A DNA stretch of 64,000 nt from Stegostoma tigrinum (taxonomy: Eukaryota). The stretch is taken from positions 6,244,658 to 6,308,657 of the forward strand of contig NC_081394.1 in the NCBI RefSeq assembly GCF_030684315.1, written 5' to 3'. Of the stretch, positions 11,950-24,747 are shown one piece after another. The notes below the pieces were generated by a model. That model saw only the letters and a program-made list of their open reading frames with translations, was not told where the DNA came from and did not search any database. The translations under genes and the position numbers were made by a program. The number at the start of each line of letters is the position of its first letter. Positions within the stretch are counted from its first letter, which is position 1.

Positions 11950-13445
11950 AGGAACAGTATTTTGCTTTCTGCGCTGTCCAAATCACCCCTCAGTGTTGTC
12001 CTCTCCAAGGAAAATAGCCTCAGTTTTTCCAAATGTATCCTCAGAACTAAAGTTTCTCATCCCTAGAATTGTTCTCAAAGATCTCTTCCACACTCTCTCC
12101 AAAGTATTCACATTCTAACTATAGTGTGGATCCAGAACCACACTCGATAAATCTGCTGATGTCTAAACAGTGTCTTAATAACTTCATCATATCCCTCTTG
12201 CTTCTGTACTGTATGGCGTGTTAGTGAAGACAAGAATATTGTCTGCTTTATTAACAGCTCTCTTGACCCATGCTGCCAGCTTTAATATGTACTAATACAC
12301 CTCAGATCTCTCTGCTCCTGCTCACTCTTTAGAATATCATGCCACGTTTATACTGCTTCTGCATGTTCTTTGTACCAAATGACTTCACTGCGCACTTCCC
12401 CCATGCTGAAATTCATACGCCACTAATCCTCCACTCCATCATCCTGTCAATGTCCTTCTCAATTTCTACACTGCCCTCTTTTCAATTCTCCTAAATTTTG
12501 CATCCATTTTAAAATCGAAGTTGTGCATTGCAGACCATTTATATTTCCGGAAAACAAGATCTGCTACACCAATCCCTGGGGAAATTCCACATCAGTGCTG
12601 ACCTTTTTAATTCCATGAACTGTATCTTTTCCCCCGAGTCTATTGTGTGCCACTGTATCAATCGAACATCTTTTGGAAGTCCGTGTACACCATAGAGTCA
12701 TACAGCACAGAAGCAGACCCTTTGGTGCAACCAGTCCGTGCTGACCATTATCACAAACTAATGAGTGCAACCTGCTTGTGCTTGGCCCAAATCCCTCCAA
12801 ACCTTTCTTAACCATGTACTTATCCAAATGTCTTTGAAATGTTGTAATTGTACCCAAATCCACCACTTCCTCTAGAGGTTCACTCCACAAATGAACTGCT
12901 CTCTGTGTTAAAAAGTTGTCTCACATGACCTTTTAAATCTTCCCCTGTGTGAATTCAAAATATCACCCCGAAATCAACATTTCAAAATTTCATCTTGAAA
13001 TCCCTCACCATAAGTTAAGACATCTCCATTCCCTATCTAAACCTCGTGTGATTTCAACAGCATCCATGATGCTATCCATCAACCTCCTGTGCTTCAGTGA
13101 AAATGGTGTCAGCCCATTCAGCTTCGACCTGTAACTCAAACCTTCCATTCCTCACCACATCTGGTGAACTTCTTCTGATTCTCTCCAGCTTCATGATATC
13201 GTACAGAACTGCACACAGAGGCTTCACCAACTTCCTGCACAAACTCAACATGATTTCCCAACTCCAGTGCTCAAAGTTCGAAGCAATGAAGGCAAGCTTG
13301 CTAATCATGTTCTTTACCACCCTGTGGATATGTGACACAAACTTCAAAGAATTATGCACCTAGGTCTCTCTGTTCTACACCATTACCCAAGGCCCTACTT
13401 TTAATTGTATTATTTCTGCCCTTGTTTGTTTTACCAAAACGCAAA
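11950..13445 (-). mobile_element. Nested degenerate CR1 LINE 3' fragments
   Basis: Decayed ORF2 C-terminal motifs (LAFIASNFEHWSWEIMLSLCRKLVKP, EVVDLGTITTFQRHLDKYM) and CR1 3' tail. Confidence 0.65.
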
Positions 13446-13675
13446 GTCCTGAATGTTCTGGATTGTAGTAAGAAAGGATAATAGTTAAGTAAGTAAGAAA
13501 TGGTGATTGAATCAAAGCATTGAAACAGCTTGCGGAATAGAATGGTAGCTTGAGTCACAAAATGTAACAGTGTTACTTAACGCACCCATAAAACTAACAA
13601 ACCAAATACTAGATTGTGTAATTTTCAACTCAGTGTTAGATGTGAATTGTTGAGCAATTTTAATACGTTACTCAC

Positions 13676-14007
13676 CTAAAACATCAAGATGGGTTTGAGG
13701 AAAGTGAATGAATTTCTTTTTGTTATTGAATTCAACTCTGAAAAAAAAATGTTGATTATTATCAGGGGAAGAGTTTCTATCTCACAGGTTTCCAGACAGC
13801 TGGGTCTGATGGTGGAACTATATTGATGTGTGACTGCGATCCTTGGAATGAAAGTTTATGAATGATGCTCCCTGATTCTTATTACTGAACCAGTTTCCAT
13901 CTTGTAGTTAGTTTGCAGATGTGAAGGATAGTTGTAACAACATGGAATGTTTGTGCACAGGGACCTTCCTATACTGTCATCGCACCTGACACCATAATGC
14001 TGTAGAC
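13676..14007 (-). pseudogene. A2 V-set exon, decayed
   Basis: ctctccccag|...IPCCYNYPSHL...LSGNL*D...FFRVEFNNKKKFIHFPQTHLDVL|gtgag; paralog of 26802-27167 including flanking intron; essential Arg (FRVE) still visible. Confidence 0.85.
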
Positions 14008-14739
14008 CTGGGGAGAGAAATATCAGTATTTTGCTTTGAATGGCTCGTAGGTCCACTAGACTCGATATTCACTACCTCCACTGTTATACAATGGCTGCAG
14101 TGTGGAAAATCAACAGGACACACAAAGGTCTCCCCAAGGTTGCAAAGCAGATGAAGAGGAAACATGGATACTGGAATGAACAAATTTATCCTACGTAGGC
14201 TCATGGTAATTACAGGCTCAATCTACTTTATAATACAGTTTAATATTCCCAACTTCAATGTTTTTTCACAGTTGTATTTCTTGTGAATGTTGTATATTGA
14301 TGATCCCAGGTGTTCCCCAAAAAAAGGATACATTCTTCCTGAAATCAGTGTGTCAAAACCTTGCAGAAATTTAATGACAAAAATCAGGTCACCTGTCAGC
14401 CTTCTGTTTATGATAGAAAACACTCACTTTGTCAATCCATTCCTCATCCATCTGTGATATTATAAACTTCTGAACTTTAATGACTGTTCATGGATTGAAA
14501 GAATCAACTAAGGCAAACTGATATGTATGGAAGAAGCAGCAGTAACTTTATCTGGAGTAAGCTGTCAAGGCAAAAAACTAACTTATACTGCAAGCAAAAG
14601 CAATTAAGCATGTCTGGGACCACAGAGAGTCGAAGTGGCAGAAACAAAACAGTTTAAACAGCTTCTTAATAATACCATCCCTGGTAGTATAGTGGTTAGT
14701 ATCCCTGCCTATTATACAAGTCCCTGCAGGGATACTCTT

Positions 14740-15660
14740 TGTGCTTTTACCAGAATATTGCCTAGTATGGAGGGTATTAGCTGATGAGGAGAAGTTGGAG
14801 AAACTTGGGTTCTTCTCACTGGAATGATGGAGATTGAGAGGCAACCAGATAGAGGTCTACAAGATTATGAAGGGCGTGGACACTCAGAAGCTTTTTTCCA
14901 GGATGGAAGGTTCAGTTACCTGGAGCCATAGGTTTAATGTGTGAAAGGCAAGGTTTAAAGGTGATCATAGAATCCCCACAGTGTGGAAGCAGGCTCTTTA
15001 GCCCAGCAAGTCCACAACAACTCTCAGAACATCCCACCTAGACTTATCCCCTTATCTACACACCCCTGAACACTATGTGCAATTGAGCATGGCCAATCCA
15101 CCGAGCCTGCACATCTTTGGATTGTGGCAGGAAACCCACGGGGAGAACGTGCAAACTCCACACAGACAGTCGCCAAAGGGTGGAATCAAATCCTGGTCCC
15201 TGGTGCTGTGAGACAGCAGTGCTATCCACTGAGCCACCGTGCTGCCCTAAAGCTGGATGGGAGGGTGAACTGTGAGGAAGGTGAGAGATGTTTCAGTGTG
15301 ATTTGGAAAAGCTGAGTGGGCAAATGCATGATGCATGCTGTCTAATGTGAATAAATGTACTGTTATCCATTTTGGGAGTGAAGGCAGAAAGGCAGATGAC
15401 TATAGGTTGGGAATGTGCAACGAGATTTGGGTGTCCTTGTAAAACAGAATGTAAGCATACAAGTGATGTACGAGGCAAATTTTTCACACGGATGGTGATG
15501 GGTGCCTGGAAGTCACTGCCAGGGGAGGTAGTTGAAGCAGATACTATGGTGACATATAAAGGGTGTCTTCACAACTACATGAATAGAATGGGAATAGTGG
15601 GATACAGTCCCCGGAAGGTTAGGTGCAGGCTTGGAGGGCCTGTTCCTGTGCTGTAATTTT
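14740..15660 (+). mobile_element. CR1 LINE 3' fragments with an inserted HE1-like SINE (14966-15247, minus)
   Basis: DVRGKFFTRMVMGAWKSLPGEVVEA motif; V-SINE core on the minus strand. Confidence 0.7.
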
Positions 15661-15750
15661 CCTTGTTTCTTTCTTTGTTTTAAGTAGCTACTATTACAAT
15701 GGGAAATATCCAAACCCCTCAGATAATTAAACTAAAACACATCCCCAACC

Positions 15751-16553
15751 TGTTATGACAGGAGGAGAGTTTCCCATCTAATAATTATCCCTGAAACACC
15801 CAGAAAACCGTGTCTCTCCCCTCATAATCTATTGTGGTTAAAAGAAAGATTTCCACTTTACAAGTAACAAGAACCAATTTATTTACTTAACCCAACAGTG
15901 AACAAATTAACTAAATTACTAACAAAGTGACAATTCCCTCTTAGACTGCTAACTACTCCCCAGTAAATTCTACTGTAACGCTGTTTAAATAAAGACAAGC
16001 CCCACTAATATAAACCCAATTAATAAGAAGCAATAAATAATCATTTAATTTCCACAAGTTCACAGGCTGTTGTCTGTAATATTCTGTTGTCTCCAGCCTC
16101 TTCACAAACACCTTTCTTTTGTTAATCTGCTGTCAGGGATGTTCTATGTCCATAATTTCTTCAATGACTTTCAGCTAAAATGTCATGTCCCTTTGATTAA
16201 TTACATGGACTTTCTCTGAGAGCTAAATGGTGCTAACTTTGGCAGGTGATGAATGGCTCTCAATTGCAGTTGGCTCTCTCTGATTGTCCAAATGCCCTCA
16301 TCTTATGTACTCATAATGACAAAAATCAAATTATTGTAACATAATTAGTTTCAGATTGTCAACACCATCAGATGTAAATTTAATTAGCCTTTTGTATCTC
16401 GGTGCTTTGTTTAAAATAATTGCCAGAATTCAAACTTGTTGCCTTGGGACAAATGCTGCATGGCTGTTCTATACAAAATATTCCATTCAGGCACTCTCAG
16501 TGTGCCTGCATCTACAAACTTCCAAGCACAGACCAGCTCTTAAAGGCCCCACA
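15751..16553. mobile_element. Possible solo LTR
   Basis: TG...CA-bounded ~800 bp non-coding block with LTR-like composition; no convincing TSD. Confidence 0.3.
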
Positions 16554-18620
16554 GAACTATTTTCCCACGAATATCTTTACCAACAAATTCTGACTTCCTG
16601 CCTTCCTAGTCAGGAATACTCTAGCCAACATCGTAACACTATCCGATACCTCAAGGACAAAAGATTGCCCTGCAGAATAATTTAAGGAGTTAATCACAAG
16701 AAAGCTGACAAGCCAATACTGAATGTAACAAGGAACAAAGAAGCTATTTCTGATAAGAAAGCAAGTGCAGGCTTGGTGTTTACAGGGGAGTAATCAAAGA
16801 GTCTAAAATATCATCAGTAATGTCATAGCATAGACCTGTAGGTGGAGGAGCTGGATAAGGATTCCTCTGCAGCCAAACTTCAAAGAACACCAGTGCACAA
16901 GATGAAACCCTGGATATCAGAGACAGACACGATTGATTGGAACTGCAACTAAATTCCACCATTAATCAGGAGATAACCAAGTTGAATTGTGAGGTTTAAC
17001 TTGGGGTGGGGATAGGGCCTTATTTTGGTTGCTAAATGGAAGAAAGTTTAAATTGCTGTTTCGGTTCTTGATTGTGTGTAAGATTTCTTAATAAGTAACT
17101 GAACTAAACATAGCTGCTGTTGATTTAGCCGCAACTTTTTTATTCACATGTTTCTGGGACCCACCTCATTAATCTTCCCTGCACTGCCTCCAGTGCCTCT
17201 GCATCCATTCTATAATATACAGATCAAGTCTGCATACAGCACTCCATGCATGGTCTGAGCAAGGTTTGATACAGTGTCTTAACACCATGTTCCTACATTA
17301 TAATGGTTACCTTCTAGAAATGAAGTGCACTGCTTGATTTGTTACTTTGAGGCTTTGCTCACCCATGGAGCAGCGACGAATAATTGATGCATTTGTACAA
17401 CATAACCCCTGTGTCCCACAAATACCACTTCTCTGTTTTTCCTGTCAAAATGAGCACATTGTCCTTTGTTGGTATAGAAGTTGATTATTGCTGAAAAGAG
17501 AGCTGAGTTTTTGAAGCTTTCATCTCATGGTCATCAGGTCAGACTCGAGAACAATGAATTTCAAAGGGAACAACAATCCATCCTGCATGAAAAACAGCAG
17601 GCAGAATCTGGTGAAGACACGTCATGGAGAATTCACCAGAGAACGGTTATCACCACAAGCTTTTGTTTAAATCTCAAACAGCCAAGTTGGCTCTGATTGG
17701 TGACCTGTTGCTGGAGACCAAAGGTAAAGTACTACGCATGCTGGAAATCTGAAACAAACTCTGAGACCGTTGGAGAAACTCAGCATCAGTGAAGAGAGAA
17801 GAGTTTGAGTAGCTCTTCTGAACTAAAAGTTATTGGAAAATACGTTTTTATTTAATGCTTTTGACAGAGGCAGATGGTACAGAGGCCTAATGAAAATGAC
17901 AAAGGCATTGCAGAAAGAAAAAAAAAGTCTAAAGGTTGTAAATTAAAATGTGATAGGGAGAGAATCAGTCCATGCTGCATATTGTTATATTGATGATTCT
18001 GATACAGCATCAGAGACTGACTGGTCCCCAAGGTCAGCACTGACCCTACTGCAGCAGACAGTATGAAACACTGGATCAAAGTGCCCTGACCTGAACTCTG
18101 CATGTGCTGACAGTAAATTTAAAAACGGAATTGAATGTTGACACCTTCTGCACCTCTCTGTCCGTTATCTCATACCCTTACTGAGGTTTCTAACACAGTA
18201 AGAATGCACAGGAAGTGTGATACAGATCAACCTGTCTGTCTGAGAGCTGCTGTGTTGTCTTCATGGGCAATTCTGATGAAAATAAGTATGAGACATAAGT
18301 TTGAGAAAATAAGTATGAGACATAAGTTTGAGAAAATTGTAATTGGACTAGCTTCAGAATAAACATCATTCCCTAGTTTTAATTATGGCTTACTCCTCTA
18401 GATCTGTAATGTACACTGCAAGATCTCTGTGCTCCCCCACTACACTTGTTAGACTGGGAACCAGTATACATGCGTGAGCACAGGGTGATGGGGGAAATGG
18501 ATTTGGTGTGAATGTGTAGAATGGCTCATTGCTGAATTGATTCCCGATCATAGTTCAAGAAGAACCATCTTTTAGAAAGGCTATTAAATGTAAATCTGCC
18601 TAAACTGTCAATGATATTAT

Positions 18621-18660
18621 CTTGGAGAAGTGACAGCAGGAAGTAAAATTTCCCGATCAT
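18621..18660 (-). pseudogene. A2 leader (signal peptide) exon with dead splice donor
   Basis: ATG ATC GGG AAA TTT TAC TTC CTG CTG TCA CTT CTC CAA G|ataat (MIGKFYFLLSLLQ); paralogs have G|gtaat. Confidence 0.9.
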
Positions 18661-19069
18661 TGTCCACTCCCAGATATTTCATCAGCTTCTCCCTCTTATA
18701 CTCTGAAAGAGAAAGACTTAGCAAGGCCTCATATCTTGTCCAACAGCTCTCAAGAAATTAGAACTGCTTTTCGACAATGTCCTTACAAACAACTTTGATT
18801 CTCTGTGGGATGGTAGGCACTCAGCTGGGAGCTACAAGGCTTCAGGAAAGTAAAGTATTGAAGGACTTGACATTCTGTAGTGCCTTTCACCTCCTTGGGC
18901 TTTACTAAAGCTTGTGCCTCTGCACGTCCCTCATCAGTTGGCTCAAAAGATGTTCTGCATGACCGACCCGAGCCTTATGGCCAGGTATCAATCAACAGAA
19001 CTCTTTGAAGGCATCAATCACTGGAACCTATCTGTACAAAGTCACAGTATCAGCGACGGATGATGTTGA

Positions 19070-19750
19070 ACCTAGAAGTGAATTCCTGTCGTTACATTAT
19101 TTACCCTGGACCTGTCCGACTGCTCACCTGAGGAGTAACTGCCCACACACTCTGCCTGGCTGGAGCGGCATCTTCCTGTGCCACCTCCCTTGTGTATTTA
19201 ATTCAAATTGTCAATGTGTCACTGTGAGTGAGGTCGGGAAGTAGGTACAAAGTGAGAAGGTGATCGCGCTATTGTCTCTGCGCAGAGCTGGGCAGCATTT
19301 AACATGATTTTTAGGAGGCTGAGCAGGTTTTCCCCCATTCCTGCGTAACAGACGGAACAAGGACAATTGGGCCTCCTGCTGCTCCTGAATAAAAGGCTGG
19401 AGGGTCTGAGTGAACCTCATTCTGTTTGTGTCTAACAGGAATCGAGGGCCTGAGCTGGTCCTGTTTGTGAGTAATAGGCCCAGGGCTCAATAATAAGTAG
19501 GGATTTGTTGAAGGCATCAGTCGTTGGAATCTGTGTTTGTGAAGTCACAACCTCATCAAAGCTATTGGTTGTGGAAGTGAATTGGAACAGTTCCATCACT
19601 CATCCATGGCCTTATCCAAAAGCTCGCCTGGGCAGTAACTGCTCGGTCACTCTGCTTGAACCGAATGGCCTCTTCCTGTAATGCTACCTGCTGTGTGTTT
19701 AATTAACAAGTGGAGATGTGTGACTGTGTCAGATTAAGGAAGCCGGGAGA
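19070..19750 (-). promoter_or_regulatory. Two tandem promoter/non-coding first-exon modules of A2
   Basis: Modules ~19070-19260 (donor CAGG|gtaaat at 19105) and ~19560-19750 resemble each other, 30020-30720 and (inverted) 50930-51120; GGAA Ets cores and an AT-rich TATA-like box. Confidence 0.55.
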
Positions 19751-20908
19751 CATTTACAAAATATTGCTTTCATTTTAAATAGTTGTTCGTTTAAGCCTAA
19801 CTCTGTGATATTTCTGTTCGGAGCTAGGCAGCTGATCACATAGAGTTGTGGCTCTGGGGGATTTTAGTACACTTTCTTTTATTCTAAGGCAGAAAATTGG
19901 GAGATGGAGTTGCCAGTCCAGAATCTCAAATCCTGTGTTGATATATTTTTGCATAATTTGCAAATTAGCAGCAAACATAGGCCATTCTACCCCTGGATCG
20001 CACTCTACCATTCAGTATGAACACAGCCGATGCGTTGAATTATACATTGCCATCTATTCCCGATAACCTTCGATTCCCTTACCTAATACGAATATATCTT
20101 TTACTGAGAACTATTCAAATACTCGCTCTCCACAGCCATCTGAGGCAGAATTCTAAAGCTCCAAAAAACACTGACAGAAAAATTTTTAATCTGTGTCAGA
20201 AAAAAATGACTCCTCATTTTCATCCGGTTCTGTACTGGCTCAGTACATGTTCATCTTGTCAAGGCTATTTAGGACCTTATAGACTTCAATCAGGTCTCCT
20301 TTCACCATTCTAAACTCCAATTGAAACAGTCCCAGTCTATCCACTCTTTCTCTGCAAGAGAGCTGACTCACTCCAGGAATCAATCAAGAAAACTTTCTTG
20401 AACTACCACCAATGTGTTTATATCCTTCCTTAAGCAAAGAGACCAAACTGCACAGGAGGCCCTGCAAAACTGAAGAATCACATCCTTACTCTTCTGTTCA
20501 ATTCCTCTCATAGCCAGTCAATACTCCCTCCAAACTCGTGTCTTTTTGCCCTGTACCATATGATACTATTCTTTGGAGTGACTTTTTGAGTAACGGCTTA
20601 CTAAATGCTTCTGAAATTCCAAACACAATTGATGACAAGATTCCCTTTATCCACAGCACATGCTGATGCTTGAAAGAACTGCAATGATGGTTAACACACC
20701 TTCTCCTTTACACGCTTGGATGACTCTGGCTGACCAACTTCTGTTTTTCTGAGTATGCCCAGTGTCACAAGCAACCAGGGGAAGTACTCTTTTCTCGAAG
20801 CCGAGATCTTGAGCGGTTGTACTGCCTGGGGGTGGATAGGACTCTTAAAGGGTCAGTACTGAGAGAGTGCTGAAATTGCAGTGTTAATACTGATGGTGTG
20901 CCACAGAA

Positions 20909-21057
20909 TTAGAGGACTGTACTGAGTGAGTGATGCACTTCCAGTGGGTATTCTGAGTACGCATTATCTTCAGAAAATGTTAAGACATTGTGAAAATTCC
21001 CCTGAAGGTGATGTCTGAGCAACTTCTCATATTCAACTGGAGTATTTCCTCCTGTAT
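20909..21057 (-). CDS. Candidate A1 terminal cytoplasmic exon with VEYEKL motif
   Basis: Good acceptor ttcctgccttgcttctcag|AT ACA GGA; phase 1 reads DTGGNTPVEYEKLLRHHLQGNFHNVLTFSEDNAYSEYPLEVHHSLSTVL*; no proven upstream donor. Confidence 0.4.
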
Positions 21058-21761
21058 CTGAGAAGCAAGGCAGGAACAATACAACAACATCACTGCAGGA
21101 GGCTGTAACTACATGTGAGATAGCAAGGACTTCAGATGCTGGAGTCAGAATGAACACAGTGCAGGAGGAACACAGCAGGTCAGGCAGCATCAGAGGAACA
21201 GGAGGTCAGAACCTTTCTTCAATGAAGGGTCTGGAGCCGAAACATCAAATTTCATGCTGTGTTCCTCCAGTTCCACACTGTGTTACGTTCCACACTAAAC
21301 ATGACATGTTTACATTGGAAATTTCCATTCTGTATTTAACCCAAAATATCAAACCATGTGGCAAGCTGAGAAAATGAGAGGCCATCTTTGAGTCAACAAT
21401 TTTGAATCAATGTGGCGTTTAATTGATATTTATCTGCTGAACAGCCTGAGTATTATATTCCATTCTGTTAATAAATGTAACAATGTTCATAACTGAAATG
21501 CTGCTTGCAATTCCTCACTGCATGATCAAGATGCAGAATTAAGCAAGTACATACAGCTCTGATAACAAAGTTGAGTGAAGCCATGTTTCTGTTCAGGGCT
21601 ATTTGACTATATTGGCTGCACTCAGTCTTAGGTATGATAGTGTCACACAGCAGCAGTGGGTAGCAGAAGGGATGGGGAAAAATTTCAGTTTGCTGAGGAG
21701 GGGTAGGAGAAGCTCTCATTTCAGGTTTCTCTCTGTACACTAAGAAGCAACGCGCTGAAGT

Positions 21762-21846
21762 TTAATTGCACTCCACTTGCTGAAGAGACTCTGCTGGTAA
21801 ATTGCTGTATGTCCTGATATAAAGAGTAAGAGCTTTATAGATCGAG
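21762..21846 (-). CDS. Candidate A1 cytoplasmic exon containing an ITAM consensus
   Basis: Acceptor ttccttgtttgatcctctacag|C TCG ATC TAT; phase 2 reads SIYKALTLYIRTYSNLPAESLQQVECN* (YxxL-x6-YxxL). Confidence 0.35.
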
Positions 21847-22045
21847 CTGTAGAGGATCAAACAAGGAAGTTACACTGAACATTTATAAAGCATTTTTTAA
21901 TTCATGAAGAGAGTATTGTGTACCATTCTGGTCACTACACTTGAGGAAGGATGTTTGAGAGGGAAGGAGGCGAGGGTCATGAGACTCTCGGTTTCGGAGA
22001 GGGAATGCGGTGACGGTCTTGGAAATGGTGCAGGGGAGGTTGACC

Positions 22046-23708
22046 TGTGATAATGGGATCTGCAGATGCTGGAGAATCCAAGATAATAAAATGTGAGGCT
22101 GGATGAACACAGCAGGCCCAGCAGCATCTCAGGAGCACAAAAGCTGACGTTTCGGGCCTAGACCCTTCATCAGAGAGGGGGATGGGGTGAGGGTTCTGGA
22201 ATAAATAGGGAGAGAGGGGGAGGCGGACCAAAGATGGAGAGAAAAGAAGATAGGTGAAGGGGAGAGTATAGGTGGGGAGGTGGGGACGGAATAGGTCAGT
22301 CCAGGGAAGACAGGTCAAGGAGGTGGGATGAGGTTAGTAGGTAGGAGATGGAGGTGCAGCTTGAGGTGTGAGGAAGGAATGGGTGAGAGGAAGAACAGGT
22401 TAGGGAAGCAGAGACAGGTTGGACTGGTTTTGGGATGCAGTGGGTGGAGGGGAAGAGCTGGGCTGGTTGTGTGGTGCAGTGGGGGGAGGGGATGAACTGG
22501 GCTGGTTTTCGGATGCAGTGGGGGAAGGGGAGATTTTGAAGCTGGTGAAGTCCACATTGATACCATTGGGCTGCAGGGTTCCCAAGCGGAATATGAGTTG
22601 CTGTTCCTGCAACCTTCGGGTGGCATCATTGTGGCACTGCAGGAGGCCCATGATGGACATGTCATCTAAAGAATAGGAGGGGGAGTGGAAATGGTTTGCG
22701 GCTGGGAGGTGCAGTTGTTTATTGCGAACCGAGCGGAGGTGTTCTGCAAGCGGTCCCCAAGCCTCCGCTTGGTTTCCCCAATGTAGAGGAAGCCACACCG
22801 GGTACAATGGATGCAGTATACCACATTGACAGATGTGCAGGTGAACCTCTGCTTAATATGGAAAGTCATCTTGGGGCCTGGGATGGGGGTGAGGGAGGAG
22901 GTGTGGGGGCAAGTGTAGCACTTCCTGCGGTTGCAGGGGAAGGTGCCGGGTGTGGTGGGGTTGGAGGGCAGTGTGGAGCGAACAAGGGAGTCACGGAGAG
23001 AGTGGTCTCTCTGGAAAGCAGACAAGGGTGGGGATGGAAAAATGTCTTGGGTGGTGGGGTCGGATTGTAGATGGCGGAAGTGTTGGAGGATGATGCGTTG
23101 TATCCGGAGGTTGGTGGGGTGGTGCATGAGAACAAGGGGGATCCTCTTTGGGCGGTTGTGGCAGGGGCGGGGTGTGAGGGATGTGTTGCGGGAAATGCGG
23201 GAGACACGGTCAAGGGCGTTCTCGACCACTGTGGGGGGAAAGTTGCGGTCCTTGAAGAACTTGGACATCTGGGATGTGCGGGAGTGGAATGCCTCATTGT
23301 GGGAGCAGATGCGGCGGAGGCGGAGGAATTGGGAATAGGGGATGGAATTTTTGCAGGAGGGTGGGTGGGAGGAGGTGTATTCTAGGTAGCTGTGGGAGCT
23401 GGTGGGCTTGAAATGGACATCAGTTACAAGTTGGTTGCCTGAGATGGAGACAGAGAGGTCCAGGAAGGTGAGGGATGTGCTGGAGATGGCCCAGGTGAAC
23501 TGAAGGTTGGGGTGGAAGGTATTGGTGAAGTGGATGAACTGTTCGAGCTCCTCTGGGGAGCAAGAGGCGGCGCCGATACAGTCATCAATGTACTGGAGGA
23601 AGAGGTGGGGTTTGGGGCCTGTGTAGGTGCGGAAGAGGGACTGTTCCACGTAACCTACAAAGAGGCAGGCATAGCTGGGGCCCATGCGGGTGCCCATGGC
23701 CACCCCCT
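22046..23708 (-). mobile_element. Penelope-like retroelement (5'-truncated; RT C-terminal half + GIY-YIG endonuclease)
   Basis: ORF 22666-23703 has MGTRMGPSYA, YIDD and VVYCIHC...YIGETKR; one frameshift continues into RLQEQQLIFRLGTLQPNGIN; flanking ttgacc direct repeat. Confidence 0.95.
22146..22173 (-). ncRNA. Minimal hammerhead ribozyme core in the Penelope terminal repeat
   Basis: CUGAUGA-AGGGUCUAGGCCC-GAAA-CGUC; Penelope-like elements are known to carry minimal type I hammerheads. Confidence 0.75.
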
Positions 23709-24270
23709 TTGACCCGATTGGTTCCTGAGAGCAGAATTTTAATGACGGGATTCAGTTAGAGAAGCTGGGGTTGATCCCTCAGAATGAAGGAGACTAGGGG
23801 GAGTCTGACCAAGGTGGAGCAAGTGGGGACAGGTTTAGATCAGGGAGGCAAAGCAAAGCTGTTCCCATTCGCTGATGATACATGGACCAGAGGAGACAGA
23901 TTCAAGATTCTGAAGTGGGTATCTCGAGCAGGGATTGTGAGGAAGGACTGTTGTGAAGACAGAGCGTGATGATGACCTGGAACTCACTGTCCACGAGGTG
24001 GGGTGGTAGGGGAGATGATCAATGATTTCAAATTAAAATTGGATGGATACTCGTGTGAAATAAACTCTCAAACAATGAAGAGAGAATGGGGAGGTGGGAC
24101 TGACTGCTTTGGTCTACTGAGAGAGCTGGCCTGGCTCAATGGACTGATTAGCCCCTTTCTGTGCTGTAATAATTCTATGGCTCTCAAATGATCCTAACCA
24201 GTGATTCAGTGCAACTTAATCCAACATCATTTGGGATTTGTTTGCACCGACAAAGCAAAAAAACAGCCTT

Positions 24271-24398
24271 TCAGTTTTGTGTAACTGTTTGCCGCTTGTA
24301 GACACAAACAGCAGCAACAGTGAGAGCAACAGCCACATTGAATATCCCAGTTCGTATTCCCAAGATCAGGATCATATTCGGACTGTCTCCTCTGTCAT
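24271..24398 (-). CDS. A1 transmembrane exon with intramembrane Arg and short tail (activating-receptor type)
   Basis: ccctgtgttttctag|AT GAC AGA..., phase 1: DRGDSPNMILILGIRTGIFNVAVALTVAAVCVYKRQTVTQN*; Arg codon at 24352-24354; basic KR stop-transfer. Not in the ORF track. Confidence 0.75.
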
Positions 24399-24747
24399 CT
24401 AGAAAACACAGGGAAAGAATGAATCACTTACTCAATCTCCCACTGTGGGTGAAAATCAAGTTTCATTTCACTGCAACAGTGACTGCAATCTTGGTACATC
24501 CAAAGTAAAATGTATTTAACATGTAATTAATGTTTTCACTGGAAATGCTGTGAGAGTTGGCGATCAAAACATTCAGCCTAATGAGGAGCATTGATAGCAT
24601 TCGATCTTTGCACTGTTTGGCTCCCTTTGCAATGTTTTTTTTCCCCATTGCTACGCATAGGATTGTGTTCTCTAAAAATCCAGAAACTATGGCCATGTTG
24701 CGGAATTCTATTTTCAGCTTTTGTATAAACCAGGAAGGATCTCAATG

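Larger units (their letters stand above)
4914..18660 (-). pseudogene. Siglec/MAG/CD22-like inhibitory receptor pseudogene (A2): leader-V-C2-[C2 remnants]-TM-cytoplasmic-ITIM/ITSM exon
   Basis: Colinear exon series homologous to A1 and B. Lesions: leader donor GT->AT, stop and deletion in V, internal deletion in C2, fragmented third Ig exon, altered terminal acceptor. Confidence 0.85.

Noticed and set aside
14678-14710. tRNA-Asp-like 5' half (tccctggtagtatagtggttagtatccctgcct)
   Set aside because: Stops before the anticodon and has no T arm or B box; a fragment, not a gene
18278-18337. 27-bp direct duplication
   Set aside because: Simple local slippage in an intron of a pseudogene
22696-23712. 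Plus-strand ORFs over the Penelope element (and antisense ORFs over the CR1 copies)
   Set aside because: Antisense shadows of retroelement coding sequence
24426-24440. gtaagt donor just upstream of the A1 TM acceptor
   Set aside because: Would define a 33-nt intron, and the upstream sequence has no Ig character
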